Below the pieces are notes generated by a model that saw only the letters and a program-made list of their open reading frames with translations, made no database searches and was not told the origin of the DNA. The translations under genes were made by a program, and so were the position numbers. From Octopus sinensis (Eukaryota): a stretch of 64,000 bases of DNA. Positions 62,001 through 64,000 of the stretch are shown here, piece by piece (the stretch's first letter is position 1; each line of letters opens with the position of its first letter). The stretch lies in assembly GCF_006345805.1 (NCBI RefSeq), contig NW_021835990.1, positions 124,001 through 188,000 on the forward strand, given 5' to 3'.

Positions 62001-63598
62001 TATCACGTTAGTTGTATTTATACGTTATTAACTATTTGAAAAATGTAAAAATGTTCATTATTTTGACATTTATTAAAATATTGATTGCTATTTCCTTTTT
62101 GAATGCAGCTTGTTGGTAAGATATAGTAATTTCTTCAGAAAATATGGAATGCATATAGTAGCCCCTATTTTATAATTAATTCATTGTTGATTGATCTCAA
62201 ATTTATAAACAAGGTTAAATATTCTAAATTAAGTTATGATAGAAGATCCGAATAAAAAGATATTTGATTTATATTGTCTAATTTTCTGTCAGAAAATCTA
62301 TAAATTTCGTCCAAAATGCTCTAAATAGATGAACGTGTGCCCATTATTGGTATGTTGGTACACTGGACGGCTGAAAATACGTTCCTAGCTGAGTTTAAAC
62401 AGACTGAAGATATTAAATCTTATTTATTTTTTAAATTTTCTTAATTTATCAAATTAAATACAAAAAAATATTTACGTATTAAGCACGTTATATTCTTTTC
62501 TTGTGTTGTGCATTTCTGCTGTTAATTTTTATTTTTTTATTCCTTTCTATCAATGATTGTTTTTATAATATTATCATTTTTATATATTTGAAGATTAATT
62601 AAATTGACCGTTTGTAAAATATCCTGAATAAGGTTTATTTTGCAAGTAAATTTATGTTCATTTTATCAATTAATTAATCTCCATTCCTATGAATTTTTTT
62701 CAATTAAATTTATTTTCTTCTACATTATATTGACCATTTTTATTGTTTATTCTTAGTATTTTATTGTTTATTCTTATAGTTGTTTTTATTTTCATTTAAA
62801 AAACGTTCACGAGTTCTTTTAGTAGTGTTGATTCCAATTTTTCTGATGACAATCTCCCCAATTTTAGACACAGAGATCCTATTTTTCCACGTGAATCTAA
62901 TTCTTTTTACTATAGTAGAGCCATTTGAAGTAGTTTTCAACCGCATTGGGCGGATCCTTTTGTCCGGTTTTTGGAAAATTTTAAATTTTTGGGTGGACTT
63001 GGCAATAATTTACTTTTCATGTCATCCAGACATACTCTATTGCAGTGTTTCTTAACCTTTTTTGACCGGGGACCACTTTGGTCTGTTGAATTTTTTTGAA
63101 CCACCAGAAACAAAACAATTTAATAAAAAATCATAGTATTGATGTTAAATCGGTGATCATCTAATTGTATACTAATTCTGCATTGGCTGCTGTCTATATC
63201 ATAACAAGTTGTTCCAACAGAGAGATTGACAAACTCAGACTTGAGGAATTAATTACCAGACAAATGTTGGATAACACCGGAATTAGAGTGGCTAAGTCCC
63301 TCAACAAAACATTAAGCGGACCAGGCTACAATCATCGAGATACCAGAGATTTAGAAGTGATTCATTTACCGGGCAATAGAATCCACGGCAAGAGTGAACA
63401 AAGGCCCAAAGGATCACCCTATTGGATGCCACAGGACGAGAAAATAAAAGAACCGGTCCAAGGTCCAAAAAGTTGGAAATTTTTTTAGATTTTCTGCGAA
63501 ATCATTTCCGCTTTTATTTTTTAAGTTTTGAGTAAATGCATATTTCGAATACATATGACCGTCAAAATCCATGCTATGGATTCATTTTTTGTTTAAAT

Positions 63599-64000
63599 CA
63601 GTGATTCTCAAGCTTTTTTGCTCAGGGGCCGCAAATTAAAAAAAAAAATTTACAGGGGCCGCAAATAATTTTTAAGAATTATTTATTAACCAAATAATCA
63701 AAATTAGGTTTAATTCTACTTGTTGAAGTACGTAACAAATCACTCAGATGAGTATCAGTCAATCTGCTGCGAAACTTTGTTTTAATTCGAACGAGTTTAC
63801 TAAATGTCGATTCGCAGACATATGTTGATCCAAACATTGCTATGTTGATCCAAATCAATCAATTCCAGTTGGTAAATCCCGGAAACCTCCTCACTTTTCA
63901 TAATTAATGGAGATGCAAATAATCTCATTGAATTTGCACCTTCTTTAAAGCTCTGTCAGCTTAAATTAAATACTAAAAACCTGAAATCTTGCATCAAATT
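63599..64000 (-). mobile_element. hAT 3' end
   Basis: MFGSTYVCESTFSKLVRIKNK (dimerisation domain); terminal CAGTGATTCTCAA with GGGGCCGC motifs. Confidence 0.75.

Overview
AT-rich, transposon-dense eukaryotic DNA from a ciliated animal: it has a nuclear receptor, an axonemal dynein and a possible CFAP69. Nearly all GT-AG introns I could reconstruct are only 21-33 nt long, which by inference suggests a dicyemid mesozoan or a similarly compacted lineage. Host genes fall into two groups. NDP kinase and an HRI-type eIF2-alpha kinase are apparently intact, Pumilio has one 1-nt frameshift, and a TOCA/FNBP1-type gene survives only as its 3' half. FHOD formin, DNAH7-like dynein, MAU2 and an HR96/NR1J-like receptor are intron-retaining relics with deletions, stops or frameshifts. 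Mobile DNA includes an intact hAT (Buster/Charlie type), pogo/Tigger, Tc1/IS630, Merlin and Ginger2-like integrase transposons, plus CRE-type and APE-type LINEs, often nested. Highlights are transposases carrying host-sized micro-introns (six in one Ginger2 copy, with presence/absence differences between copies), a 2A StopGo peptide ahead of a LINE endonuclease, two LINEs inserted at one target site, a 34-nt templated duplication, and a ~0.5-kb oscillating GC skew that flips inside Pumilio. All homology calls come from manual motif recognition, not database searches.
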